Origin: an uncultured delta proteobacterium
GTDB lineage: Bacteria; Desulfobacterota; Binatia; UBA9968
NCBI GenBank assembly: GCA_963737905.1
Contig: CAVTUQ010000034.1
Span: forward strand, 107,879 to 171,878
Direction of reading: 5' to 3'
Length of the DNA stretch: 64,000 nucleotides
Shown here: positions 40,572-50,534 of the stretch, in pieces
Position numbering within the stretch: position 1 is the stretch's first letter
Layout of the letters: each line of letters opens with the position of its first letter
The notes under the pieces: model-generated
Told to the model about the DNA's origin: nothing
Seen by the model: only the letters and a program-made list of their open reading frames with translations
Database searches by the model: none
Position numbers and translations under genes: made by a program

Positions 40572-41335
40572 GTCTTTCTGCCCCCTACGCGCTCGCTGTT
40601 TGGCGCCGCAACGCGGCCCTGTACCGGCGTACTTGGAAATGGAATATTTTGCCAAATTTTTTCGAGCCGGTCTTTTATCTCTTTTCGATCGGCATCGGTG
40701 TGGGTGCCTATGTTTCCCAGATGGGTGGGACGACTTACCTTGCGTTTCTGGCCCCGGGTCTGGTTTGTGTAGCAGCCATGAACGGCGCGAGTTTCGAGGT
40801 CACCTATAATATCTATGTCCGGCTTATTTTTGAAAAGGCCTACGACGCCATGATGACAACGCCCATCGAGCCGGACGATGTGCTGGCGGGCGAGGTCCTG
40901 TGGGCGATCACTCGTTCCTCTATCTATGGAGGATGTTTTTTTGTGGTGCTCGCGCTCTTCGGTCTTGCGCCATTGCCGTCGTCTCTTTGGGTCTTATTAG
41001 TGATCCCAATGACCGGACTTCTTTTTGCCGCGATTGGACTGTTGTTTTCTTTACGTATTCCGAACATCGACCTCTTCAGTTTTTATTTTACGCTTTTTCT
41101 TACCCCGTTGTTCCTGTTTTCCGACGTGTTTTTCCCGCTTGAAGAACGCCTGACTCAACCGTGGTTATGGGTGGCGGAAGCGCTTCCATTGCTTCATTCG
41201 GTTCGGCTGGCCCGGTCCGCTTTTAACAACCAGTTTTCCCTGACAGTTTTGTGGGACCTGTTCTACACGTTGGGGGCGTCCGTGTTGCTGCTCTTCTGGG
41301 CGCGCCGCAGCATGCGCCAGCGGCTGACGACCTGA
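40568..41335 (+). CDS. ABC-2 type permease (NodJ-like)
   Basis: VWRRN, EPVFYL, YLAFLAPG, PLFLFSDVFFP. Confidence 0.9.
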   Translation: MSLSAPYALAVWRRNAALYRRTWKWNILPNFFEPVFYLFSIGIGVGAYVSQMGGTTYLAFLAPGLVCVAAMNGASFEVTYNIYVRLIFEKAYDAMMTTPIEPDDVLAGEVLWAITRSSIYGGCFFVVLALFGLAPLPSSLWVLLVIPMTGLLFAAIGLLFSLRIPNIDLFSFYFTLFLTPLFLFSDVFFPLEERLTQPWLWVAEALPLLHSVRLARSAFNNQFSLTVLWDLFYTLGASVLLLFWARRSMRQRLTT

Positions 41336-41419
41336 TACGGGACGCCAAAATCTGTTTTCCTCGTGGTCTCGGGCGTGCTCGACCGTGGGTCTTGCTTGAC
41401 CTGAATCGATCCCGTTGAT

Positions 41420-42535
41420 ATGCCAGCAATCATGCTGATACTGAGCAACGAAGAAATCGAATCGTTTTTATCTATCAAGAACTGTATTGACGCGCTTGAG
41501 AAAGCCTACAAGAGCTGGGATAAGGGAACAGCGATCAACCGTCCGCGCACGGATTTGGTCCTGCCGTCGCCCAGTGAGTCTGGCGTTTATGCCTTCAAAT
41601 CTATGGAGGCGGGGCTCGTCGATCCGCCCATTGTCGCGATGCGCATCAATTCCGACATCATCCGGTGGCGACAGCAGGACGGCCGGGTTTTAAAGACCAA
41701 GATTCCTGCTGCTCCCGGGGATAAATATGTCGGCCTGGTGATGCTGTTCTCGACGGAGAACGGCGAGCCGCTTGCGATCTTTCCCGATGGCGTGGTGCAA
41801 AGAATGCGGGTGGCCTCCAGCAGCGCCATAGCGGCTCGCTATCTGGCGCGCGAGGACGCGCGTACCTTGGCCCTCTTCGGTTCCGGCTGGCAGGCGGGGA
41901 GCCATCTTCCGGCCATGTGCGCGGTGCGAAACATAAAAAGAGTAAACGTCTACAGTCCCACGAAAAGCAATCGCGAAGCCTTCGCAAAAGAAATGCAACA
42001 AAAAGTTACGGCTGAGGTGCGGCCGGTGGAAAGTCCCGAGGAAGCCGTAGGGGATGCGGACATGATCGCAACCACAACGAATTCTCTAAGCAGAGTGGTC
42101 AACCCCGATTGGGTGCGGCCGGGTATGCACTTGACTTGTGTCCGGGTTCCAGAACTCGGCGATGAGACCATTCGCAAGGTGGACCGCTTGATCATCCACT
42201 CGCATAAGCATGCGCCGGAAAACTACGTCGCCGGTTTCGGAGACGATGGCATACCCGCTCACGACGCCATCGACATCATCAAAAAAGGTCCGGGGGGAGC
42301 CGCCGGTTCACTTGTTGAGCATCCCTTTTGGCTCGCCGCCCCTGAGCTTAGAGAGCTCGTCGCTGGAAAAGTTCCGGGTCGAGCGTCAGCGGAAGAGACC
42401 ACCTGCTTTCTAAATAATTTAGGCATCGGTCTTCAATTCGCTGCAGTCGGCGCAGCCGTATTCTCCGAAGCAAAGCGCAGGGGAGCCGGGCACGAGATTC
42501 CCACCGATTGGTTTCTGGAAACCGTGCATCCGTAA
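41420..42535 (+). CDS. Ornithine cyclodeaminase/mu-crystallin family protein
   Basis: GEPLAIF, RMRVASSSAIA, GSGWQA, GIGLQFAAVG. Confidence 0.88.
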   Translation: MPAIMLILSNEEIESFLSIKNCIDALEKAYKSWDKGTAINRPRTDLVLPSPSESGVYAFKSMEAGLVDPPIVAMRINSDIIRWRQQDGRVLKTKIPAAPGDKYVGLVMLFSTENGEPLAIFPDGVVQRMRVASSSAIAARYLAREDARTLALFGSGWQAGSHLPAMCAVRNIKRVNVYSPTKSNREAFAKEMQQKVTAEVRPVESPEEAVGDADMIATTTNSLSRVVNPDWVRPGMHLTCVRVPELGDETIRKVDRLIIHSHKHAPENYVAGFGDDGIPAHDAIDIIKKGPGGAAGSLVEHPFWLAAPELRELVAGKVPGRASAEETTCFLNNLGIGLQFAAVGAAVFSEAKRRGAGHEIPTDWFLETVHP

Positions 42536-42580
42536 GATTTTCACTAAGATTGGAAGATTGTTTTCGAGGCAAAGTTGATC

Positions 42581-43369
42581 ATGTCTGATTACGTTTTGTT
42601 CGAACAAAAAGAACACATCGCCTACGTCACGCTCAACCGTCCGGAGCGTATGAATGCGTTGGGACAGGATGTGCGCAACGGACTCATCGATGCATTCATG
42701 AAAGTTCGTTCTGAGCCATCTATAAGGGTAGCCATTGTTACCGGCGCAGGTGACAAGGCGTTCTCGGCCGGCGCGGATCTCAAGGAGCACAAGGAGCTGA
42801 ATGCCAAAAAATCCTATCGTGTGGGGCCGGATTACGGCGCCCTGGACGAGCCACCCCACTCCAGTACGATTGTGATTGAAACCTATAAGCCGGTCATAGC
42901 AGCGGTCAACGGTTATGCTCTGGCCGGCGGATGCGAGCTGGCGCTGGCGTGCGATATCCGGATCGCCTCGGAGAACGCCACGTTCGGGTTGCCCGAAGCC
43001 AAACGCGGGCGCGGGGCAAATTTCGCTACTGTCATGCTCCAACATCTTATACCCAGAGCCATCGCGATGCAGATGCTTTTCACCGGTGACCCAATTACGG
43101 CTCAAGAAGCTTTGCGATTCGGATTGGTCAACCAGGTCGTCGCATTGCCGGAGCTGTTACCGGCGGCAACGGCGTTGGCTGAAAAAATAGCCAAAAACGC
43201 GCCAGTTTCGCTGCGCCGGATCAAAGAGCTTTCGGTGAAATCAATCGGGTCGCCGCTTTTCTTTGCGTTGAAAATGGCGCCGGGACCGAGTCCCTATGAG
43301 AGTCAAGACGCGCGAGAAGGGGCGGCCGCCTTCACGGAGAAACGCTCGGCGTCTTGGAAGGGTGATTAG
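42581..43369 (+). CDS. Enoyl-CoA hydratase/isomerase
   Basis: LNRPERMNA, FSAGADL, AGGCE, FGLPE. Confidence 0.92.
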   Translation: MSDYVLFEQKEHIAYVTLNRPERMNALGQDVRNGLIDAFMKVRSEPSIRVAIVTGAGDKAFSAGADLKEHKELNAKKSYRVGPDYGALDEPPHSSTIVIETYKPVIAAVNGYALAGGCELALACDIRIASENATFGLPEAKRGRGANFATVMLQHLIPRAIAMQMLFTGDPITAQEALRFGLVNQVVALPELLPAATALAEKIAKNAPVSLRRIKELSVKSIGSPLFFALKMAPGPSPYESQDAREGAAAFTEKRSASWKGD

Positions 43370-43418
43370 ACGCCGGTCAGCCGGATAGGGTTTTTTGCAC
43401 ACATTTTAGGGAGACCCC

Positions 43419-44591
43419 ATGAGCAATTATCCAAAAGTCATAATGACCGAAGAAGGAATGCGTGACGGCCTGCAGATCGAACGTCCGGATATTGCGGTGG
43501 CCGACAAGATCCGGCTGCTGGATGCGCTATCGGAAACGGGCTTGAAAGAAATCGCGGTGGGTTCCTTCGTAAGTCCCAGATGGGTGCCGCAAATGGCATG
43601 CATCGACGAGTTAGTGAAGGGATTCCATCCCAGGCCCGGTGTTACCTATACCGCCACCGCTCTCAACGAGATGGGAAGGGAAAGGCTGCGGCAATATGCT
43701 CCGCCGCTCTCGGATGAAAAATACCAGGCGCAAACCGCCGTGTATCTCTGCGACGTTTTCGCGCAGCGCAATATCAATCGAACCATCGCGCAACAGATGG
43801 CACGCTGGCCCAAAGCCATTGAGGAGGCAAAAGCCAAGGGTGCGAAAGCGGCGGGTATCGGCATCAGCGCTTCGTGGGGATCCAACTGGACCGGCGAGGT
43901 GACTCAAGCCGACCGCATGACGATGCTCGAACGGCAGTATCGGCTGTGGGAAGAGGCCGGGATTCCTGTCACCAAAGTGGGCATTTCCGATCCCATGGGA
44001 TGGAACATGCCCGATCAGGTGGAACGGCAATTGGTGGCGATCAAGGAACGCTGGCCGTCGATTAAGAGCTTCAACCTTCATCTGCACAACACGCGCGGTA
44101 TGGCGCTGACATCGTCCTATGTTTCTCTGAAGTCTTTGGAGGCCACTGATACCTTGCTCCTGCAACCGGCCATCGGCGGCATGGGTGGCTGTCCATTTTG
44201 CGGTAACGGGCGATCCGCGGGTCTGGCTCCGACGGAGGATCTGATTCACATGCTCGAAGAGATGGGAATCCAAACGGGCGTGGATCTTTACAATCTCATC
44301 GAATGCGTCTGGATGGCGGAAGAGATGGTGGGTCATCCGCTCTGGGGCCACGTTTCCAAGAGCGGACCTAGGCCGAATGGCAAAAAACTCTACGCTATGG
44401 ATATGCCCTTCGTCGAGACTCTGGAGCATGCCCGACACTTCATCAAAGGACCGGCAGCCTATCAAGGCGCTCCCTCCCCGTGGAAAGAAGCGATCAAGAG
44501 CCCGCAACGTCCCGAGACGATGAGCTCCAACGGAGATTCACAATCCAGCCGCAATCCCGACGAAGCTACCGCGCGATGGTTGCCCTCGTAA
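43419..44591 (+). CDS. HMG-CoA lyase-like (DRE-TIM) acyl-CoA lyase
   Basis: MRDGLQ, SFVSPRWVPQM, HLHNTRG, GGCPF, TEDL. Confidence 0.82.
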   Translation: MSNYPKVIMTEEGMRDGLQIERPDIAVADKIRLLDALSETGLKEIAVGSFVSPRWVPQMACIDELVKGFHPRPGVTYTATALNEMGRERLRQYAPPLSDEKYQAQTAVYLCDVFAQRNINRTIAQQMARWPKAIEEAKAKGAKAAGIGISASWGSNWTGEVTQADRMTMLERQYRLWEEAGIPVTKVGISDPMGWNMPDQVERQLVAIKERWPSIKSFNLHLHNTRGMALTSSYVSLKSLEATDTLLLQPAIGGMGGCPFCGNGRSAGLAPTEDLIHMLEEMGIQTGVDLYNLIECVWMAEEMVGHPLWGHVSKSGPRPNGKKLYAMDMPFVETLEHARHFIKGPAAYQGAPSPWKEAIKSPQRPETMSSNGDSQSSRNPDEATARWLPS

Positions 44592-44660
44592 CCGTCTCGC
44601 AACTGTGACGACGCGCGTTCCCGTGCCGTCATCGCTAAAAAACAGCGGAGGAAAGTTATC

Positions 44661-46742
44661 GTGCCCGACCCGCGCGTTCGTCTGCTCTTCGAGCCCGATT
44701 CTATTGCCATCGTCGGAGCCTCTTCGGATCCATCGAAGGCATCGGGATTGCCTCTACGCAATCTCCTGAATTCCAAGTTCAGCGGAAGGATTTATCCGGT
44801 CAATCCGAGAGCCACTGAGATCAACGGTATCCCTTCCTACCCCTCTGTTGCGGAACTACCGGAGACGCCTGACGTGGCGGTGCTGATGGTGGATGCGCGT
44901 CTATCGCCTCAAGTCTTGGAAGAATGTGGTCGCAAAGGTGTTAAAGCCGCCGTCATCGGCTCCGCCGGCTTCGCCGAATCCGGTGCCGAAGGTCAGGAAC
45001 GCCAGGCGCAATTAAACGCCATCGCACAGCAATATGAGATCCGGGTTTGCGGGCCCAACTGCCACGGCACGTTCAACGTCATCAAAAGGATTCCCGTTGG
45101 CTACGATCATTCGTTCTCGTTGCCGCTCAAGCCCGGTCCGGTCGCGATTGCGTCTCACAGCGGCGCGCTCCTTGGAGTCTTAGGCCATCGCGCCGTGCAG
45201 GCGAATCAGGGCCTCAGTTATCTAGTGAGCAATGGCAACGAGATGGATTTGGACTTGTGCGATTTCGTGGAATTCTTTCTTGAAGACGAAACCACCAAAG
45301 TCGCTGCCGTCCTCATGGAAGGACTTAAGAACGGGCCGCGGTTTCTCGATCTCGCGCGTCGCTCTCACGAACTGAAGAAGACCATCGTTGTGCTCAAGGT
45401 GGGTAAATCCGAGCGCGGTGCGATTACGACCCTGGCGCACACGGCGAGAATGGCCGGCGCCGGCGAAGTTTATGAAGCCGCCTTTCGCCAGTTCGGGATC
45501 ATATCCACAGATTCGATGGAAACATTTTTGGGGATGGCTCAACTCGCCGCCCATCAACCCGTTCCTCGCGGCGGTCGCATGTTGGTCATGACTTCGAGCG
45601 GGGCGGGGGCGAGCCTGATGGCCGATAAGGCCAGCGAATACGGTCTCGATCTCGCCGATATTTCCGAGGAGGCCAAGACCCGCATCCCCGAGCGGCGCAG
45701 TGCGATCCTGACCAATCCTTTCGACACCGCGGGTGCATCGAGAAGCCCTGGTTTTCTTGCTGCCGTGTGCGACGCCTTCGCGGCCGATACCGCCAACGAT
45801 TGTCTCCTGATGTTCACCGGACCGTTGGCAGTGCGCCAGGAGTACGCCCGAAATTTTTCTGCGGCGTCTGAGAAGTTCGGCAAGACGGCTGCGGCAATTA
45901 TCAATCTCTCCGAGCCGGACATGCGCGATATTTTCCAACAGCATCATATTCCCGTCTTTGACGGGGCAACGGATGCCTGCTTCAGGGTGCTGCGAGGCTA
46001 CATCGATCATGGCCGATTCTTGAGGGAGCGCGGATTTAAGCCCGGGGAGAGAGACAGCGGTGCGGGGCCGAGAGCCACTGCGGAAGCGATTCTCAGAGCT
46101 CATCCGGATGTCTCCATGTTGCCTCACTCGGCGACTGTCGAGTTGTTGAAGCAGTACGGCTTTCAATGCACGGAGTATCGCCTCGCTGCAAATTACGAGG
46201 AGGCGCGATACGCAGCCGGAAAGCTCGGCTTTCCGATTATTCTCAAAGGTATGGTTGCCGGTGTCGCGCATAGGAGTGATCTGGGTTTGGTGAGCCACAG
46301 GATTTCCAGCGAGGAAGAGCTTCGGCCGGAATACACTGCCCTTGAAGCCAAGGCCCGTGAAATCGCGAAAGGCACCGTGGCCATCAACATCGAGAAATAT
46401 TTTGCCCACGACGTCGAAGTGATTCTCGGCGTAAAATACGATGCCGCCTTTGGGCCGGTAATTCTTTGCGGCCTCGGTGGCGTCTTTACCGAAATTCTTA
46501 AAGACTATGCGCTCCGGCTTGCGCCGCTGAGCCTGGAGGATGCCAGGGATTTGGTAGGTTCGCTCAGGGCCTTCCCGATCTTGGAAAAGGCGGCTGCACT
46601 CGACTCCCTGACCGACGCCCTTTTACGGTTATCCGATCTCGCGGTGGAGCTCAATGGCAAGATTGCCGCCGTGGACATTAACCCCATTGGTTTGGGATCA
46701 AATTCGGCCGCGTTAGTATTGGATGCCAAGATCCACATGTAG
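44661..46742 (+). CDS. ADP-forming acyl-CoA synthetase (alpha-beta fusion)
   Basis: IAIVGAS, YPVNP, GPNCHG, AHTA phospho-His region, FGPVILCGLGG, DINP. Confidence 0.9.
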   Translation: MPDPRVRLLFEPDSIAIVGASSDPSKASGLPLRNLLNSKFSGRIYPVNPRATEINGIPSYPSVAELPETPDVAVLMVDARLSPQVLEECGRKGVKAAVIGSAGFAESGAEGQERQAQLNAIAQQYEIRVCGPNCHGTFNVIKRIPVGYDHSFSLPLKPGPVAIASHSGALLGVLGHRAVQANQGLSYLVSNGNEMDLDLCDFVEFFLEDETTKVAAVLMEGLKNGPRFLDLARRSHELKKTIVVLKVGKSERGAITTLAHTARMAGAGEVYEAAFRQFGIISTDSMETFLGMAQLAAHQPVPRGGRMLVMTSSGAGASLMADKASEYGLDLADISEEAKTRIPERRSAILTNPFDTAGASRSPGFLAAVCDAFAADTANDCLLMFTGPLAVRQEYARNFSAASEKFGKTAAAIINLSEPDMRDIFQQHHIPVFDGATDACFRVLRGYIDHGRFLRERGFKPGERDSGAGPRATAEAILRAHPDVSMLPHSATVELLKQYGFQCTEYRLAANYEEARYAAGKLGFPIILKGMVAGVAHRSDLGLVSHRISSEEELRPEYTALEAKAREIAKGTVAINIEKYFAHDVEVILGVKYDAAFGPVILCGLGGVFTEILKDYALRLAPLSLEDARDLVGSLRAFPILEKAAALDSLTDALLRLSDLAVELNGKIAAVDINPIGLGSNSAALVLDAKIHM

Positions 46743-46764
46743 GAACAGAATTGGAGAGTCGCTT

Positions 46765-47817
46765 ATGGGAAAAGTCTTGAAGAGAAGGATTTACGTGGCG
46801 ATCCTCGCCGCCGTCGAGATCGTCTTTATCGCCGCACCCGGAGCGCAGGGGCAGCCGGACTTCAAAGGCAAAGCGGTCAAAATCATTGTCGGCACCAGTA
46901 CGGGGGGAGGAGTCGATCTGTGGACCCGCCTGATTGCCCAGTATTTGCCAAAGCACTTGCCCGGTGAGCCCGCGGTCATCGTACAAAATATGCCCGGCGG
47001 GAGCTCTGTCGTGGCCGCGAACTATATCTACAATGTAGCGAAACCTGACGGTTTTACGTTGGGAGCACTCCAGGCCGGAGTCTATTTTGATCAGATCCTG
47101 GGCCGGGATTCCGTGAAATTCGACTGGTCTAAATTTACCTGGATCGGTTCACCGGAGAGACTCGAGGCTCAACTCTACATGAGGACGAACAGTCCGTATA
47201 AAACGCTTGAAGATGTTCGCCAAGCGGCCGAGCCCCCGCGATGCGGCGGAGCGGGAACCGGCGCCACCGGCTATTACGTCCCAAAGCTTCTCGGAGAAAC
47301 CGTGGGCCTCAAGTTCAAGACCGTGACCGGATATCAAAGCGGCGCCGAAATCGATCTGGCGGTGGAGCGCGGCGAACTGCACTGCCGGGCCTTCGATCTC
47401 GGCAGCTTTATCGCCCGGGAGCCGACTCGCACTTGGTATAGGACCGGGGTGGTTAAAAGTTTGATCCAGACGGGTCGGAAACGGGATCATCGGTTGCCTG
47501 AAGTTCCGACCTTGTATGAGCTTATGGACCAGTACAGGACTTCCGAACCGAACCGGCGCATGGCGACGGTAATTCTCGCTGCCGGCGGCTTTGGCCGACC
47601 GATGGTGGCGCCGCCGGGGCTGTCTCTGGATCTCGCCCGCGCGCTGCGCGACGCCTATGCAAAGACGATGAAAGACCCGGATTTTGTCGGCGAGGTAAAA
47701 AAGAGACAGTACGATTTGGATCCCGTTTCCGCCGAAGAAATGCAGAACATGGCGCGGGAAGTGGTTGATCAACCAGCGGATATCGTTGACCGGGTCAGGA
47801 AGCTTTTAGAGAACTGA
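46765..47817 (+). CDS. Bug/TctC-family solute-binding protein
   Basis: GGGVD, VQNMPGG, PDGFTL, GYQSG..IDLAVERGE, LPEVPT. Confidence 0.88.
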   Translation: MGKVLKRRIYVAILAAVEIVFIAAPGAQGQPDFKGKAVKIIVGTSTGGGVDLWTRLIAQYLPKHLPGEPAVIVQNMPGGSSVVAANYIYNVAKPDGFTLGALQAGVYFDQILGRDSVKFDWSKFTWIGSPERLEAQLYMRTNSPYKTLEDVRQAAEPPRCGGAGTGATGYYVPKLLGETVGLKFKTVTGYQSGAEIDLAVERGELHCRAFDLGSFIAREPTRTWYRTGVVKSLIQTGRKRDHRLPEVPTLYELMDQYRTSEPNRRMATVILAAGGFGRPMVAPPGLSLDLARALRDAYAKTMKDPDFVGEVKKRQYDLDPVSAEEMQNMAREVVDQPADIVDRVRKLLEN

Positions 47818-47965
47818 CTCACAACGCTCCAAGGTCTCAGGAAAGAAAAGTTCCTCTAGGTCCGGTGGCTTTTCGAAGGATTCAAGCCGATCGCAAGAGG
47901 TAAATTCATAGCTTCGCTCACACCTCCATCGCGTAGGCTGCCCCGAGCGGTAGTGTTTGCTTTTT

Positions 47966-48892
47966 TTAGCGAGAGCGAAACGTTTCAACAAGTTTTCGCC
48001 GAACGAGCGCTTCACCTCCGGGCAAGAGATCGAATTTCGTTGTGTTATCGGTTTTTAGCAGGATGACTCGACCTTCTGCATCTTGATGCATCGAAAGCAA
48101 AATCTGCCGTAAGCGGTCCTTAACTTTCGGGTCCAAAGCTTTGCGCACCGAGACGAGGTGGCGAGGAAACGGGTCGGTTTGCGCCAAAATCCTGACCTCC
48201 GCTTTTCTCTTCTCATCGAGCCCGCCGTAATCGTCATCGCTAAACGCTCCAGCGGCCACCCGGTTTGAAAGAACTAGATTTACAATATTGACAGCCGAAG
48301 AGGCAAAGATGTAGCCGATCTCTTTCGCACCAACCTTCGCGTCGGGTTGGGGTTTTTCCGTAAGCGTCAATCCTTTTTTTAGGAGCAAGACTTTCGGTAG
48401 AAAGTAGCCCGAAGTCGATCCGGGGTCCTCAAAAGCTATCATCTTGCCGCGTAGCTGTTCCAGGCGACTGATCTCGCCTCCGCGGTTGGTAAAAATCAGG
48501 CTTCGATATTCAGCCAGGCCGCTTTTCCAACGACGGAGGAGGACCGCCGCCGCCCCTTGCTTATTGATGAGGTAAGTTGGATAGGGGCTCTCCATGTAAA
48601 AATCGATTTTCTTCTCTTCCAACGGCTTCACCATCTGTAAAGGCGTCGAGACGATGATCACCTTTCCCTCGATGGCAGGCGTGGAACCAAGTCTCTGAGC
48701 CACGTAACGGACAAAGCTTCGAAAATGCTCTTCGATCTCTTTCTGAGATGTTTGGGAGACAAGGCCTAAAGTGATGGATTTAGCTTGGAGCCGCCCCGGT
48801 GCTTCACCAGCCGTGGCCGCGCCGTGGATAAGGCTCACCAGTAAGATGACGAGCCGAAAGGCGAGGGAGATGTCATGCCGTGGTCTCTTCAT
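47966..48892 (-). CDS. PhnD-like phosphate/phosphonate substrate-binding protein
   Basis: YRSLIF, IAFEDPGSTSGYFLP; signal peptide. Confidence 0.85.
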   Translation of the reverse strand: MKRPRHDISLAFRLVILLVSLIHGAATAGEAPGRLQAKSITLGLVSQTSQKEIEEHFRSFVRYVAQRLGSTPAIEGKVIIVSTPLQMVKPLEEKKIDFYMESPYPTYLINKQGAAAVLLRRWKSGLAEYRSLIFTNRGGEISRLEQLRGKMIAFEDPGSTSGYFLPKVLLLKKGLTLTEKPQPDAKVGAKEIGYIFASSAVNIVNLVLSNRVAAGAFSDDDYGGLDEKRKAEVRILAQTDPFPRHLVSVRKALDPKVKDRLRQILLSMHQDAEGRVILLKTDNTTKFDLLPGGEALVRRKLVETFRSR

Positions 48893-49010
48893 TCTTCATT
48901 GCCCTATCGTTACGGTCAAAATTAACCAAAGGAGATAACGATAAACGTCGACACGCCCCGGCTACGTATATAAAAACCATTGAACCCGCGCAAGAAAAGA
49001 AAATCACCCC

Positions 49011-50174
49011 TCAACGGTGCGCCCGTATGAGGTTTTGCCCCAGACGCCAGCGCAGCACTTCGTTAGCGCCTTCAGTGATGCGCGTACTGCGAATCTGGCG
49101 ATACCACCATTCGAGCGGCAACTCCTTCATCAATCCCAAGCCGCCGTGAACCTGGATCGCTCGATCGATGACGCGGCTCGCCATCTCGGTCGCCATGATC
49201 TTGACCATATAAGAAAGATCGCGCACGTCGTCGCCGTGATCCTGGCGCCAGGCGCATTCGTAGACCATTAGACGTGTCGCATGCAGCTCCATTGCCGAAT
49301 CCGCGACCATAAACTGGATCGCCTGGCGATCCGCCAGCGGTCGGCCAAAGGTGACACGGACTTTCGAGTATTCGATCATCATATCCAGCGCGCGCTGGGC
49401 GATGCCCACCGGACGTGCGCCGTGCCCTCGGATCCGTCCTTCGCTAATCCACTTCTGGGCCAGAGAAAAACCGCCGCCGACATTGCCGATGACATTAGCC
49501 ACGGGGACGCAGACGTTTTCGAAGAGAATCTGCCAGGGTGCTTCACCCATCATCGTCGGCCACTGCCGTTCGAGGGTGACGCCCGGGCTCTTGAGATCGA
49601 CAGCAAAGCAGGTGATGCCGCCACGGGCACGTTTCTCCGGATCGGTCAGGGCCATCAACTGGACATAATCGGAACGCCCCGCCGCGGTAATGAAGCGTTT
49701 AGTGCCGTTGATGATGAATGCATCGCCGTCTTGCACCGCGCGCGTGCGCATGGCCGCTGGGTCGCTGCCGGCGTCGGGTTCGGTCTGTGCGAAGCAAAAG
49801 CGAACCTCACCACGCAATACCGGCTTTAGAAAACGTTCCTTCTGCTCTTCATTGCAGTGAAACAATACGGGTCTTACTTCCGGACCAAACAATTCCAAGC
49901 CTCGAAAGGGCAAGGAGGCAGCGCGTGCGATCTCCTCATGAATGATGCAACGCGGCAGCAGGCCAAGACCGGCGCCGCCGTACTCCGCCGGAACATCGAG
50001 CATCCAGAGCCCCATGCTCTTGGCTTTTTCTTGCAGCGGCTTCAGCAGCCGCTCCGGCATGGCCCCTTCGCTATCGTGCCGGTACTCGCGCTCCAGCGGA
50101 ATCAGTTCCTTATCCACGAACCGCCGCACCGTATCTCTCAGTATTTGAAGCTCCTCGGGCAAATTAAAGTCCAT
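49011..50174 (-). CDS. Acyl-CoA dehydrogenase
   Basis: FAQTEPDAGSD, NGTKRFIT, RQAIQF, QVHGG, RITEGANE. Confidence 0.93.
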   Translation of the reverse strand: MDFNLPEELQILRDTVRRFVDKELIPLEREYRHDSEGAMPERLLKPLQEKAKSMGLWMLDVPAEYGGAGLGLLPRCIIHEEIARAASLPFRGLELFGPEVRPVLFHCNEEQKERFLKPVLRGEVRFCFAQTEPDAGSDPAAMRTRAVQDGDAFIINGTKRFITAAGRSDYVQLMALTDPEKRARGGITCFAVDLKSPGVTLERQWPTMMGEAPWQILFENVCVPVANVIGNVGGGFSLAQKWISEGRIRGHGARPVGIAQRALDMMIEYSKVRVTFGRPLADRQAIQFMVADSAMELHATRLMVYECAWRQDHGDDVRDLSYMVKIMATEMASRVIDRAIQVHGGLGLMKELPLEWWYRQIRSTRITEGANEVLRWRLGQNLIRAHR

Positions 50175-50333
50175 CTCGCTCCACTGCGCTCCTCTCGAGG
50201 TTCGCGATTTTGGATTAGACCAGAATCGCAGGCGACAAGTGAAAGCTAGTCGAAGTGTGTTCTCTGAGTCAAGAAGAAAACTAAAGAGCGTTAGCAGGAA
50301 TCGGCCGGAAATTCGCAGCAAGATGTATAGACG

Positions 50334-50514
50334 GAGACCGAGGAGCGAGCCTCTCCGGTTGCGGACAATAGGCCTTTACCTTGAGGCGGCCTGCAAACTT
50401 GGGTGGTGGAGCACTCGGCAGGGAGAGACGCAAACTTATAGCCAAGCACCTCAGAAGTCGGCGCATCTTCACGCTTCTGGTGCCCGCGCCCTTCGAGGCT
50501 CGCTCCTCGGTCTC
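50334..50514. repeat. 181-bp segment bounded by 20-bp perfect inverted repeats (MITE/REP-doublet-like)
   Basis: GAGACCGAGGAGCGAGCCTC at 50334-50353 and its reverse complement at 50495-50514. Confidence 0.7.
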
Positions 50515-50534
50515 TTCGTGGTGATCAATCCAGC

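Noticed and set aside
39618-41335. NodI/NodJ as evidence of Nod-factor export
   Set aside because: No nodABC genes; NodIJ-like ABC-2 pairs are widespread in non-symbionts
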